From the NCBI GenBank assembly GCA_948439405.1, contig CAOJNB010000008.1, positions 829 to 64,828 on the forward strand: 64,000 bases of DNA, given 5' to 3'. Below the pieces are notes generated by a model. That model saw nothing but the letters and a program-made list of their open reading frames with translations, was not told the origin of the DNA and ran no database searches. This document shows positions 1-11,453 of the stretch, in pieces. Position 1 is the first letter of the stretch. The number at the start of each line of letters is the position of its first letter. Origin of the DNA: an uncultured Coriobacteriaceae bacterium. GTDB lineage: Bacteria; Actinomycetota; Coriobacteriia; Coriobacteriales; Atopobiaceae. The position numbers and the translations under genes are program-made.

Positions 1-1680
1 GAGACGACGACCTGCTCCGGCATGGCGTGGGGCTTCAACCCCTACGTGAGCGAGGCGAACCCCTACACGGGCGCCTACCTGGCCGTGGTCGAGAGCCTCT
101 GCCGCCTCGTGTCCGCCGGCTTCCGCCGCGAGGACGCCTACCTCACCTTCCAGGAGTACTTCGGGCGCCTGCGCGACGTGCCCGAGCGCTGGGGCCAGCC
201 GGTCGCGGCCCTGCTCGGCGCCCTCATGGCGCAGGACGACCTCTCCGTCGGCTCGATCGGCGGCAAGGACTCGATGTCGGGCAGCTTCGAGGACCTCGAC
301 GTGCCGCCCACCCTCGTGAGCTTCTCGGTGGCGGTGGGCGACATGGCGCGTGCCACGAGCCCCGAGCTCAAGGGCGCCGGCCACCGCGTCGTCGCCGTCG
401 TGCCGGACTACGCCGCCGACGGCGTGACGCCCCGGGCGGGCTCCCTCGTCGCCGCGATGTCGCTCGTCGAGGGGCTCGTGGGCTCCGGCGCCGCCCTCTC
501 CGTGGCGACGCCTGGCTACGGCGGCGTGGCCGAGTCCCTGTTCAAGATGTGCGTGGGCAACCGCCTCGGACTCGTCGTCGACGACTCCTACACCGAGGAG
601 GCCCTGCTCGGGCTCGCCTACGGCTCCTTCGTCGTCGAGCTCGCGGACGACGCGGAGGTCCCGGAGCCGGGCGAGGGCGTCACGGTCGCGCCGCTGGCGC
701 TCACCCAGGACGCCTACGAGCTCTCCGCCTGCGGTGAGGTGCTCGACCTCGCGCGCCTGCAGGAGCTGTGGGAGGCGCGCCTCGAGCCCGTCTTCCCCTA
801 CCGCGGCGCCGGCGACCAGGTCGAGGCCGTGAGCGACCCGCGCCCCTCCACGCGCCGCGCCCACGGGCCCCGCGTCGCGCGCCCGCGCGTGCTGATCCCC
901 GTGTTCCCGGGCAACAACTGCGAGTACGACACCGCCCTCGCCTTCGAGCGCGCCGGCGGCGACCCGCACGTCCTCGTCGTCAACAACCTCACCCCGGCCA
1001 AGGTCGCCGAGTCCTGCGAGCGCCTCGCCGCCGAGGTCGCGCGCAGCCAGATCGTGATGATCCCGGGCGGCTTCTCCGGCGGCGACGAGCCCGACGGCTC
1101 CGCGAAGTTCATCACGGCCTTCTTCCGCTCCCCCGCCGTCACCGAGGCGGTGCGCGAGCTGCTGCAGGCGCGCGACGGCCTCATGCTCGGCATCTGCAAC
1201 GGCTTCCAGGCCCTCGTGAAGCTCGGCCTCGTCCCCTACGGCGACATCCGCCCGATCGACGAGGGCTGCCCGACGCTCACCTACAACACGGTCGGCAGGC
1301 ACCAGAGCCGCCTCGCGCGCACCCGCGTGGCCTCCACGCTCTCGCCCTGGCTCTCGGGCTGCGAGGTCGGCGACGTGCACACCATCGCGATCAGCCACGG
1401 CGAGGGCCGCTTCGTCGCCTCCGACGAGGTCCTCGCGGACATGCTCGCGGCTGGCCAGGTCGCCACGCAGTACGTGGGCGAGGACGGCCGCCCGTCGATG
1501 GACCTCTCCGTCAACCCCAACGGCTCCGTCCTCGCGATCGAGGGCATCACGAGCCCGGACGGGCGCGTCCTCGGCAAGATGGGCCACTCCGAGCGCTCGA
1601 GCGCGGGGACGTTCCGCAACGTGCCCGGCGAGCACCTCCAGCCCATCTTCGAGGGGGGCGTGCGCTACTTCGCGGACTAG
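1..1680 (+). CDS. purL: Phosphoribosylformylglycinamidine synthase (single-chain large PurL), C-terminal part; 5' end lies outside the window
   Basis: Track ORF 22..1680 stays open in the same frame back to base 1. The C-terminus carries class-I glutamine amidotransferase motifs (GICNGFQALVKLG, HGEGRF) after an AIR-synthase-like domain. Confidence 0.9.
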   Translation, partial: ETTTCSGMAWGFNPYVSEANPYTGAYLAVVESLCRLVSAGFRREDAYLTFQEYFGRLRDVPERWGQPVAALLGALMAQDDLSVGSIGGKDSMSGSFEDLDVPPTLVSFSVAVGDMARATSPELKGAGHRVVAVVPDYAADGVTPRAGSLVAAMSLVEGLVGSGAALSVATPGYGGVAESLFKMCVGNRLGLVVDDSYTEEALLGLAYGSFVVELADDAEVPEPGEGVTVAPLALTQDAYELSACGEVLDLARLQELWEARLEPVFPYRGAGDQVEAVSDPRPSTRRAHGPRVARPRVLIPVFPGNNCEYDTALAFERAGGDPHVLVVNNLTPAKVAESCERLAAEVARSQIVMIPGGFSGGDEPDGSAKFITAFFRSPAVTEAVRELLQARDGLMLGICNGFQALVKLGLVPYGDIRPIDEGCPTLTYNTVGRHQSRLARTRVASTLSPWLSGCEVGDVHTIAISHGEGRFVASDEVLADMLAAGQVATQYVGEDGRPSMDLSVNPNGSVLAIEGITSPDGRVLGKMGHSERSSAGTFRNVPGEHLQPIFEGGVRYFAD

Positions 1681-1738
1681 CGGGGGAGCGCGAGGCGTGC
1701 CGCGGGGTCCGGATGGCGCCCGGGTGGCGCTGAATCGA

Positions 1739-1930
1739 GAGCGTTGCAGGACTTCGAGGGGACCTTCGGGTCCCCTCTCCTGTTCCGCTCGAAGGTGCAC
1801 CTCGCCCACCTGCGCGTTTCCATGAGGGTCCTGGGAAAGGGGGACGGCACGGGCTTGTGAAGGAGCCTTCCGACCTGCAACGCTCGCCCGGGCGTGCCAC
1901 CGGTGCAAGACAAACGGAGCGTTGCAGGTC
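1739..1930. repeat. Three copies of a 14-mer GAGCGTTGCAGG(T/A)C in the purL/folC convergent intergenic region
   Basis: Copies at 1739..1752 (forward, 1 mismatch), 1872..1885 (reverse complement) and 1917..1930 (forward). The last two form a perfect 14-bp inverted repeat with a 31-nt spacer. Confidence 0.6.
1756..1777 (+). terminator. Hairpin downstream of purL (GAGGGGACC-TTCG-GGTCCCCTC)
   Basis: Perfect 9-bp GC-rich stem with a 4-nt loop, 76 nt after the purL stop. It lacks a clear U-tract. Confidence 0.55.
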
Positions 1931-1968
1931 GCGGACCCCGAGCGGCGTCCGTCGCGTCCCGCGACGCC

Positions 1969-3261
1969 CTAGCGGGGGCCGCCCGCGGCGAGGTAGCGCC
2001 GTCGCACCTTCCCGATGTAGTAGAGCGAGCCGAAGGCGCACCCGGACGCCCCGCGGGCGAGCTCGGCGTCCAGCCCGTCGAGGGCCTCGTCCACGCTCGC
2101 GCACGCCTCGGCGTCCGCGCCGCGGTCGCGCCACGCGCGGGCGAGCTCGTGCGCCGGGAGGGTGCGCGGGTTGGGCACGTCCACGCACAGCACGCGCCCG
2201 GCGAGCGGCGCGACGGCGTCGACCATCGCCCCGTAGTCCTTGTCGGCGAGCGCCCCCATCACCATCGCGAAGCGCCTGCCCGGCCACCAGGCCCGCAGCG
2301 CCTCGGCGAGCGCGGCGGCTCCGTCCGGGTTGTGGGCGCCGTCGACGAGCACGAGCGGGTCGCGCGAGAGCACCTCGAGGCGCCCCGGCCAGCGCGCAGA
2401 GGCGAGGCCGGCGCGGACGTCGTCCTCGGAGACGGGCAGGCCGCGGGAGGAGAGGGCCCTCAGCGCCGCCACCGCCGTCGCCGCGTTCGCGAGCTGGTGC
2501 CGCCCGATCAGCGACAGGCGCAGGCCCGGCAGCCCGGGAAGCGAGAACCCCTGCCCCGCGTCGTCGATCGGCCCGGGCACCACGTCGCGTGCGCGCACCT
2601 CGACGAGCTCGTCGCCGGCGGCTGCCGCGGCGGCCCGAATCACCTCGGCCGCCTCGGGCTCCTGCGGCGCGCTCACGACGACGGAGCCGGGCTTCACGAT
2701 GCCGGCCTTCTCGGCGGCGATCTCGGCGAGGGTCGAGCCGAGCACGGCCTCGTGGTCCCGCGCGATGCGGCAGACGACGGCCACCTCGGGGGCGTCGACC
2801 GCGTTCGTCGCGTCGAGCCGGCCACCGAGCCCCACCTCGAGGAGCGCCACGTCGACGGCGCGCTCGGCGAAGTGGAGCAGCCCTATGGCCGTGACGGCCT
2901 CGAACTCGGTGGGGGTGGGCGAGCCGGCCGCGACCATGGCCTCCGCCGCGTCCCGGACGCGCGTGGCGAGGCGGGCGAAGTCCCGCCCGCCGAGCTCCTC
3001 GGAGCCCACGCGGACGCGCTCGGAGGGGCGCTCCACCATCGGCGAGGTGTAGTAGCCGACGCGGAAGCCCGCGTGCTCGAGCACGGAGCCCATGATCGCG
3101 ACGGTGGACCCCTTGCCGTTCGTGCCGGCCACGTGGACGCAGCGCAGGCCGCGCTGCGGGTCGCCGAGGCGCGCCAGCAGCTCGCGCATCACCTCGAGGC
3201 CGAGCCGCATGCCCAGCCGGCCGAGCCCCGAGACCCACTCGCGCGCGCGACGGTAGTCCAC
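1969..3261 (-). CDS. folC: Bifunctional folylpolyglutamate synthase / dihydrofolate synthase
   Basis: Mur-ligase-type P-loop VAGTNGKGST near the N-terminus and FolC-like length (430 aa). GTG start preceded by a GGGGG run; sits 9 nt after the upstream gene. Confidence 0.9.
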   Translation of the reverse strand: MDYRRAREWVSGLGRLGMRLGLEVMRELLARLGDPQRGLRCVHVAGTNGKGSTVAIMGSVLEHAGFRVGYYTSPMVERPSERVRVGSEELGGRDFARLATRVRDAAEAMVAAGSPTPTEFEAVTAIGLLHFAERAVDVALLEVGLGGRLDATNAVDAPEVAVVCRIARDHEAVLGSTLAEIAAEKAGIVKPGSVVVSAPQEPEAAEVIRAAAAAAGDELVEVRARDVVPGPIDDAGQGFSLPGLPGLRLSLIGRHQLANAATAVAALRALSSRGLPVSEDDVRAGLASARWPGRLEVLSRDPLVLVDGAHNPDGAAALAEALRAWWPGRRFAMVMGALADKDYGAMVDAVAPLAGRVLCVDVPNPRTLPAHELARAWRDRGADAEACASVDEALDGLDAELARGASGCAFGSLYYIGKVRRRYLAAGGPR

Positions 3262-3270
3262 GTCCGCCCC

Positions 3271-3840
3271 CTAGATGACGCGGTCCTCGCACACCACCAG
3301 GTCCACCGCCCGGTCGTGCGCCTCCACGCACCCGATCCAGTCGAGCAGCTGCGCGGAGCGGACCACGCCCGCGCTCGTGCCCGGGAAGTCGTAGAGGAAG
3401 CAGTCGTAGTAGCCGCCGCCATAGCCCACGCGGAAGCCCGCGCGGTCGAACCCGAGCCCCGGCACGACGCACAGGGCGGCCGGGGTGGCGTAGGGGTCGA
3501 CGAGCGTCGCCGGGTCGTCGGCCGGCTCGAGGACGCCGTGCTCCCCGCGCTCGAGCGAGGCGAGGTCGCGCACCTCGTGCCAGCGCATCGCGAGCGAGCC
3601 CGGCACGCAGCGCGGCAGGGCGACGCGCTTGCCCGCGACCCAGGCAGCCTCGATCACGGGGCGGGTCTCCACCTCGCTGCCGAAGGAGAGGTAGCAGAGC
3701 ACCACCTCGGCCGCCCCCCACGCGGACAGGCCCATGAGCCGCTCGGCGATCGCCGCGTCGGCCACGGCGCGCTCCGCCGCGGGCGTCGCGTCGCGCTCCG
3801 CCTTCAGGCGGGCGCGCAGCTCGCGCTTCTCCTGGTTCAT
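3271..3840 (-). CDS. 5-formyltetrahydrofolate cyclo-ligase (MTHFS family)
   Basis: 189 aa. The N-terminus KRELRARLKAERDA and the C-terminal GxGFD..G.R.GYGGGYYD motif are typical of the family. RBS GGAAGGGAG; folate context next to folC. Confidence 0.85.
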   Translation of the reverse strand: MNQEKRELRARLKAERDATPAAERAVADAAIAERLMGLSAWGAAEVVLCYLSFGSEVETRPVIEAAWVAGKRVALPRCVPGSLAMRWHEVRDLASLERGEHGVLEPADDPATLVDPYATPAALCVVPGLGFDRAGFRVGYGGGYYDCFLYDFPGTSAGVVRSAQLLDWIGCVEAHDRAVDLVVCEDRVI

Positions 3841-3865
3841 GCCACTCCCTTCCAGGCGCCCGCCG

Positions 3866-6256
<2,391 letters not shown>

Positions 6257-8857
6257 CTAGGCCACCGCAGCCTCGTAGCCGGCCTCCCTGACGGCGGCCA
6301 CCAGGGCGTCGTCGGCGACGTCGGGGCCGGCCTCGAGCCGGGCGGTCCCGGCCTCCAGGCTCACCTCGACCCCGGAGACCCCGGGGACCCCCTCCAGGGC
6401 CTTCGTGACGTGCGCGACGCAGTGCTCGCACATCATGCCCTCCACCTTGAGCGTGCGCTCCATGACGTTCTCCCTTCCCGTCTCGGCGACGCAGGCGTCC
6501 CCGCCCACGGCGCAGGTCTGCTGGTGGGTGCCGCGCACCACGGGCGCGGCTGGGGCCGCGGCGCGCGCGGGCGCGGCGGCGGGGCGCCATCCGCGCAGCC
6601 GCAGCGCGTTCGAGACGACGAACACGCTCGAGAACCCCATCGCCGCCGCGGCGACCATCGGGTTGAGGTTCACGCCGGCCCAGCTCAGCGCGCCGGCGGC
6701 CACCGGGATGCACACGGCGTTGTAGAACAGCGCCCAGAACAGGTTCTGCTTGATGTTGCGCAGCGTCGCGCGCGACAGGTCCATCGCGGTCGCGACGTCG
6801 GCGGGGTCGGAGCGCATGAGCACGACGTCGGCGGACTCGATCGCGACGTCGGTGCCCGCGCCGATCGCGACGCCGAGGTCCGCGGTGGCGAGCGCCGGGG
6901 CGTCGTTGACGCCGTCGCCCACCATCGCGACCACGTGCCCCCCGGCCTGCAGGGCGGACACCTCGTAGGCCTTCTGGTCCGGCAGCACCCCCGCGACGAC
7001 CTCGTCGACGCCGACGGCGCCGGCCACCGCCGCGGCGGTGCGCTCCTGGTCGCCGGTGAGCATGACGGTCCTCGCGCCGGCGGCGCGCAGGCGCTCGACC
7101 GCCTCGGCGCTCGTGGGCTTCACGGGGTCGGCGAGCGCGAGCACGCCGACGAGCTCGCCCGCGCGCGCGAAGTAGAGCGGGGTCTTCCCCTCGTCCGCGA
7201 GGCGCGCGCAGGCCCCGTCGAAGGGGGAGACGTCCACGCCGCGCTCCCCCATGAGGCGGGCGTTGCCCGCGAGCGCCGGGACGCCGCCCACCTCCGCCGT
7301 GACGCCGCCGCCGGGCACCTGGGTGAAGCCTGCGGCGTCCTCGGGCCCCTCGGCACCGGGGCGAGACTCCGCGTAGGCGCACACGGCGCGGGCGAGCGGG
7401 TGCTCGCTCTTGCGCTCGAGGGCGTGGGCGAGCCCGACGAGCTCGGCCTCGTCGCGGCCCTCGGCGGGCAGGACGTCGGTCACGGCGGGAGCGCCCTGGG
7501 TGAGGGTCCCCGTCTTGTCGAGCACCACGACGTCGACGCGGCATGCCCCCTCGAGAGCCTCGGCGTCCTTCACGAGGATCCCCTCGCGCGCGCCGCGGCC
7601 CGTGCCCACCATGATCGCGGTGGGCGTCGCGAGCCCCAGCGCGCAGGGGCAGCTGATCACGAGCACGCTCACGGCGTGGTTGAGCGCCGTCGCGAACCCG
7701 CCGCCGACCGCCATCCACGCGACGAAGGTCACGAGCGCGACGCCGATCACGCAGGGGACGAACACCCCGGCGATGCGGTCTGCGAAGCGCTCGATGGGCG
7801 CCTTCGAGCTCGTCGCCTCGTCGACGAGGCGCACGATCCCGGCCAGCGTGGTGTCCTCGCCGACCCTCGTCGCCTCCATCGCGAACCAGCCGCTCGTCGA
7901 GACGGTCGCGCAGCTCACCTCGTCGCCCGGCCCCTTGTCCGCGGGCACGGGCTCGCCGGTGAGCGCGGACTCGTCCAGCGTCGCGCTCCCCTCGATGACG
8001 CGCCCGTCCGCCGGGACCGACTCGCCGGCGCGCACGACGACCACGTCACCCACGCGGACCTGCTCGGTCGGCACCTCGACCTCCTCCCCGTCGCGGCGCA
8101 CGCGCGCTGTCTTCGGGGAGAGGTCCATGAGCGCGGCGATGGCGGAGGTGGTGCGCCCCTTCGCCCGCGCCTCGAAGTACTTGCCGAGGGTGATGAGGGC
8201 GAGGATCACGCCGGCGCCCTCGAAGTAGAGGTCGTGCAGGAAGGCCTCGGCGCCCGCGACGTCGCCGGCGCCGAGCGCGGCGAGCATGCGGTAGAGGTTC
8301 GCGAGGCTGTAGAGCGCGCTCGCGCCCGATCCCAGCGCCACGAGCGAGTCCATGTTGGGGGCGCCGTGGACGAGCGTGCGCAGGCCCGAGGTGAAGTAGC
8401 GGCGGTTCGCGAACATGATCGGGACGAGCAGGAGCAGCTGCGTGAGCGCGACCACCGCCATGCTCGAGGGGCCGGCGAGCGCGGCAGGCAGCGGCCAGCC
8501 CATCATGTGCCCCATGCTCAGGTAGAACAGCGGCGCGGCGAAGCACAGCGAGACGACGAGGCGGACGCGCATCTCGGCGAGCTGGGCCTCGGCCGCAGCC
8601 GTGGGCGACGGGGCGGCGACGGCGGACGCCTCGCCGCCGGCCGGCCGCGGCGTCGCCGCGTAGCCGGCCCGCTCGACGGCCGCGCTGACGGCCTCGAGCG
8701 TCTCGCGGCGGCCGTCGAAGACGACCTCCATCGAGTTCTTCAGCAGGTTGACGTTGGCCTCGTCGACGCCATCCACCCCCGACGCCGCCCTGCCGACGCG
8801 CGCGGCGCAGGCGGCGCAGGTCATCCCGCGCACGTCGAACGTCCTTCTCTCACTCAT
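6257..8857 (-). CDS. copA: Copper-translocating P1B-type ATPase with N-terminal HMA domain and a C-terminal fused CopZ-like HMA domain
   Basis: GMTCAACA (N-terminal HMA), CPC in SCPCALGLATP, DKTGTLT, GDGVNDAP. C-terminal MERTLKVEGMMCEHC module (6257..6463). The start at 8857 overlaps the csoR stop (ATGA). Confidence 0.93.
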   Translation of the reverse strand: MSERRTFDVRGMTCAACAARVGRAASGVDGVDEANVNLLKNSMEVVFDGRRETLEAVSAAVERAGYAATPRPAGGEASAVAAPSPTAAAEAQLAEMRVRLVVSLCFAAPLFYLSMGHMMGWPLPAALAGPSSMAVVALTQLLLLVPIMFANRRYFTSGLRTLVHGAPNMDSLVALGSGASALYSLANLYRMLAALGAGDVAGAEAFLHDLYFEGAGVILALITLGKYFEARAKGRTTSAIAALMDLSPKTARVRRDGEEVEVPTEQVRVGDVVVVRAGESVPADGRVIEGSATLDESALTGEPVPADKGPGDEVSCATVSTSGWFAMEATRVGEDTTLAGIVRLVDEATSSKAPIERFADRIAGVFVPCVIGVALVTFVAWMAVGGGFATALNHAVSVLVISCPCALGLATPTAIMVGTGRGAREGILVKDAEALEGACRVDVVVLDKTGTLTQGAPAVTDVLPAEGRDEAELVGLAHALERKSEHPLARAVCAYAESRPGAEGPEDAAGFTQVPGGGVTAEVGGVPALAGNARLMGERGVDVSPFDGACARLADEGKTPLYFARAGELVGVLALADPVKPTSAEAVERLRAAGARTVMLTGDQERTAAAVAGAVGVDEVVAGVLPDQKAYEVSALQAGGHVVAMVGDGVNDAPALATADLGVAIGAGTDVAIESADVVLMRSDPADVATAMDLSRATLRNIKQNLFWALFYNAVCIPVAAGALSWAGVNLNPMVAAAAMGFSSVFVVSNALRLRGWRPAAAPARAAAPAAPVVRGTHQQTCAVGGDACVAETGRENVMERTLKVEGMMCEHCVAHVTKALEGVPGVSGVEVSLEAGTARLEAGPDVADDALVAAVREAGYEAAVA

Positions 8858-9153
8858 GAGAACTTCCTCAGCAGGTCCATGACCTCGTCGACGACCTCGT
8901 CGTCGCCCGACCGGATGCGCTCGGTCACGCAGGTCTCCAGGTGGTCGCGCATCACGATGCGGCTCACGGCCGCGACCGCCTTCTCGACGGCCGCGAGCTG
9001 GGTGAGGACGTCCGCGCAGTAGCGGTCCTCGTCCACCATGCGCCGCACGCCCTCGAGCTGGCCGACGACGCGGCTGATGCGCCGTCCCACGTCGGCCTTG
9101 AGATCCTCCGAGCGCGGCGTCTGCTTCATGTGGCATGCGCAAGGCGAGTCCAT
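8854..9153 (-). CDS. csoR: CsoR-family metal-sensing transcriptional repressor
   Basis: Family-typical core GQLEGVRRMVDEDRYCADVLTQLAAV...H..C. Placed directly upstream of copA and translationally coupled to it. Start chosen at the internal ATG 9153; 9129 is also possible. Confidence 0.85.
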   Translation of the reverse strand: MDSPCACHMKQTPRSEDLKADVGRRISRVVGQLEGVRRMVDEDRYCADVLTQLAAVEKAVAAVSRIVMRDHLETCVTERIRSGDDEVVDEVMDLLRKFS

Positions 9154-9195
9154 GCGGGCCTCCCGTCGCCGACGTCTCCTCCGTTCGTCCCAAAC

Positions 9196-9235
9196 ATACC
9201 CCAAGGGGGTATCCATGTATACCCCCAGGGGGCAT
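9196..9235. promoter_or_regulatory. Two CsoR-type operators (ATACCCC-N-GGGGGTAT-like palindromes) upstream of csoR-copA
   Basis: ATACCCCAAGGGGGTAT at 9196..9212 and ATACCCCCAGGGGGCAT at 9219..9235, 43-82 nt upstream of the csoR start. They resemble known GC-tract CsoR operators. Confidence 0.65.
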
Positions 9236-9319
9236 CTATGCGCGCAGCGGGACGCCGCCGTGGCGCGCCCGGACGAGTGTCGCAGGTCGCAGGAGGCGGG
9301 ACGCCGGACGTCCCGGCGC

Positions 9320-10519
9320 CTAGTCCCGCGAGGAGTCGCTCGGCGTCTGCGTGCCGGCGTCGGAGCCCAGCGTCGCCTCGAAGCTCAGCTCCTCGGAGCC
9401 GCGGTACACGGTGAGCACCACGTCGTCGCCGATCTCGTGGGAACGGATCGCGAGGATGAGGGCGTCGGCGGAGGCGATCTCCTCGTCGTTGACGGCCACG
9501 ATCACGTCGCCCTCGCGCAGGCCGGCCGCCTCGGCGGGCCCTCCCGGCGTCACGGCGCCGACGAAGGCGCCCTGGTCGACCGCGACGCCGAGCGCCTCGG
9601 CGTTGGTGGCGTTCACCGTCTGCACCGAGACGCCCACGTAGGCGTGCTCCACCTCGTCGCCGGCGATGATCGTGTCCGCGATCTCCATCGCGTAGTTGCC
9701 GGGGATGGCGAAGGCGACGCCCGCGTTCGCCCCGCCCTCGTCGGCGGTCGCGTTGAGCGTCGTGATGCCCACGAGCTGCCCCTGGTCGTTGACGAGCGCG
9801 CCGCCGGAGTTGCCCGGGTTGACGGCGGCGTCCGTCTGGATGAGGTTCGTGTACAGGGTGTTGCCCGACGCCGAGCTCAGCATCGTCGAGCTGTACAGGG
9901 CGGAGACGATGCCCTGCGAGGCGGACTGGTCGAGGCCGTAGGGATGGCCCACCGCCATCACCCAGTCGCCCACGATCAGCTGGTCGGAGTCGCCGCGCTC
10001 GATGGGGGTGACCTCCTGGTCGCCGAAGTCCACGTGCAGCACGGCGAGGTCGCTCGACGGGTCGGAGCCGACGACCTCGGCGTCGTAGGACTGCCCGTCA
10101 TAGGAGATCGAGATGCTCTCGCCGCCCTCGATCACGTGGTAGTTGGTGATGATGTTTCCCTCGTCGTCATAGATGACGCCGGACCCGGTCGAGCCGATCG
10201 AGCCCGAGCGGTCGTAGCTCACCTCCACGAGCACGACCGAGGGCATGGCCTTCGCAGCGACGGCCTCCGGAATGGTGGTGTCCTCCTGCGTGGTGATCAC
10301 GTCGATGGAATGGGCCACCTGGTCGGTGCCATCGGCGCGCACGACGAGACGCGTGCCTCCCAGGTTGCCCGTCGCCCAGAGGGCGAGGCAGACGAGCAGC
10401 GCGCCCACGACGGCCGAGGCCGCCGCGAGCACGGCGACGAGGGCGAGGCGGACGCCGCGGCCCCCGTCGCGTCCGGAGGGCCTCGCGGGAGGCCTCTGGT
10501 CCTGGTTGGCGTCGGACAT
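9320..10519 (-). CDS. HtrA/DegP-family (S1C) serine protease with N-terminal membrane anchor and C-terminal PDZ domain
   Basis: Triad context NYHVIEG, DLAVLHV, GNSGGALV. PDZ-like GAFVGAV..GGPAEAAGLREGDVIVAVN. RBS GAAGGGAG. Confidence 0.85.
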   Translation of the reverse strand: MSDANQDQRPPARPSGRDGGRGVRLALVAVLAAASAVVGALLVCLALWATGNLGGTRLVVRADGTDQVAHSIDVITTQEDTTIPEAVAAKAMPSVVLVEVSYDRSGSIGSTGSGVIYDDEGNIITNYHVIEGGESISISYDGQSYDAEVVGSDPSSDLAVLHVDFGDQEVTPIERGDSDQLIVGDWVMAVGHPYGLDQSASQGIVSALYSSTMLSSASGNTLYTNLIQTDAAVNPGNSGGALVNDQGQLVGITTLNATADEGGANAGVAFAIPGNYAMEIADTIIAGDEVEHAYVGVSVQTVNATNAEALGVAVDQGAFVGAVTPGGPAEAAGLREGDVIVAVNDEEIASADALILAIRSHEIGDDVVLTVYRGSEELSFEATLGSDAGTQTPSDSSRD

Positions 10520-10685
10520 GCCTGCTCCCTTCGTCTGACGGGACGCCGGTGACCCGCCGCGCGCTCCCGTCGATCACGCTTGAGCTGAGCCTACCCCTCG
10601 TCGACGGGGATAAGACAGGACGGTGGACCCGTCACGATGTGAACACAGGGGGCGCGACCGCGACGCGCGGGGAGTCGAGGCGCCG

Positions 10686-11384
10686 CTACAGCTTGAAGAG
10701 GTAGCCCACGCCGCGGACGGTGGTGATGTGCGAGGCGATCTGCGGGCCGACCTTGGAGCGGACGCGGCGGATGTGCACGTCCACGGTACGGGTGCCGCCG
10801 CAGTACTCGAAGCCCCACACGCGGTGGAGCAGCGCCTCGCGGGAGTAGGCGCGCGAGGGGTGCGTCGCCAGGAAGCTCAGCAGCGAGTACTCCATGAGGG
10901 TGAGGTCGACGGGGTTGTCGTCGACGTAGACCTGGTAGGTCGCCAGGTTGATCGTCATGTTGTCGATGGTGACGACGTCGGAGGGGGCGCTCTCCTCGCC
11001 CGGCCACAGCAGCAGGCTCACGCGCAGCTCGAACTCCGCCTCGCCGGCGCCGGCGACGATGAAGTCGTTCGCGCCCCGCATCGGCATGTGCAGGCTCGAT
11101 ACCTGGTCCTCGTCGACGACGAAGAGGGTCGGCAGCAGCCCCTTGTCCACCACGTAGGCGTCCACGTCGTTCATGACGTCCGACGAGACGCCCGCCACGT
11201 CGAGGATCACGAGGTCGAACTCGTGGCCGCTCGAGATGGCCTGGGAGAAGGTCTCGGGGGTGGAGAGCAGGACGGAGAGGTCGAGGGAGGCGGCGAGCTC
11301 GCGCATGCGCGTGTGGTGCCGGGTGGTCCGCGAGACCAGCAGCACGTTCTTGTGGCGCCTGGTGGTGCCGTCGTTCGCCGACAT
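10686..11384 (-). CDS. Orphan OmpR-family response regulator with atypical receiver domain (GlnR-like)
   Basis: C-terminal winged helix (LLHRVWGFEYCGGTRTVDVHIRRVRSKVG...VRGVGYLF). The receiver lacks the acidic DD pair (LLVSRTT) and the conserved Lys-Pro. No histidine kinase lies nearby. Strong RBS GGAAGGAGGGGG. Confidence 0.8.
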   Translation of the reverse strand: MSANDGTTRRHKNVLLVSRTTRHHTRMRELAASLDLSVLLSTPETFSQAISSGHEFDLVILDVAGVSSDVMNDVDAYVVDKGLLPTLFVVDEDQVSSLHMPMRGANDFIVAGAGEAEFELRVSLLLWPGEESAPSDVVTIDNMTINLATYQVYVDDNPVDLTLMEYSLLSFLATHPSRAYSREALLHRVWGFEYCGGTRTVDVHIRRVRSKVGPQIASHITTVRGVGYLFKL

Positions 11385-11424
11385 GCCCCCTCCTTCCGCC
11401 GAGGCGATGGGTTGATGCTAGCAC

Positions 11425-11447
11425 GTCGCGGGGCCGTGCCCCGCGAC
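11425..11447 (-). terminator. Hairpin after the ABC ATPase gene
   Basis: GTCGCGGGGC-CGT-GCCCCGCGAC, a 10-bp stem placed 7 nt after the stop at 11454. Confidence 0.5.
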
Positions 11448-11453
11448 GCGTCC

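Noticed and set aside
6257-9235. Reading copA as the full 992-aa track ORF
   Set aside because: The first 126 codons are R/G/P-rich and overlap csoR in another frame. MSERRTFDVRGMTCAAC at 8857 is a canonical CopA N-terminus and overlaps the csoR stop.
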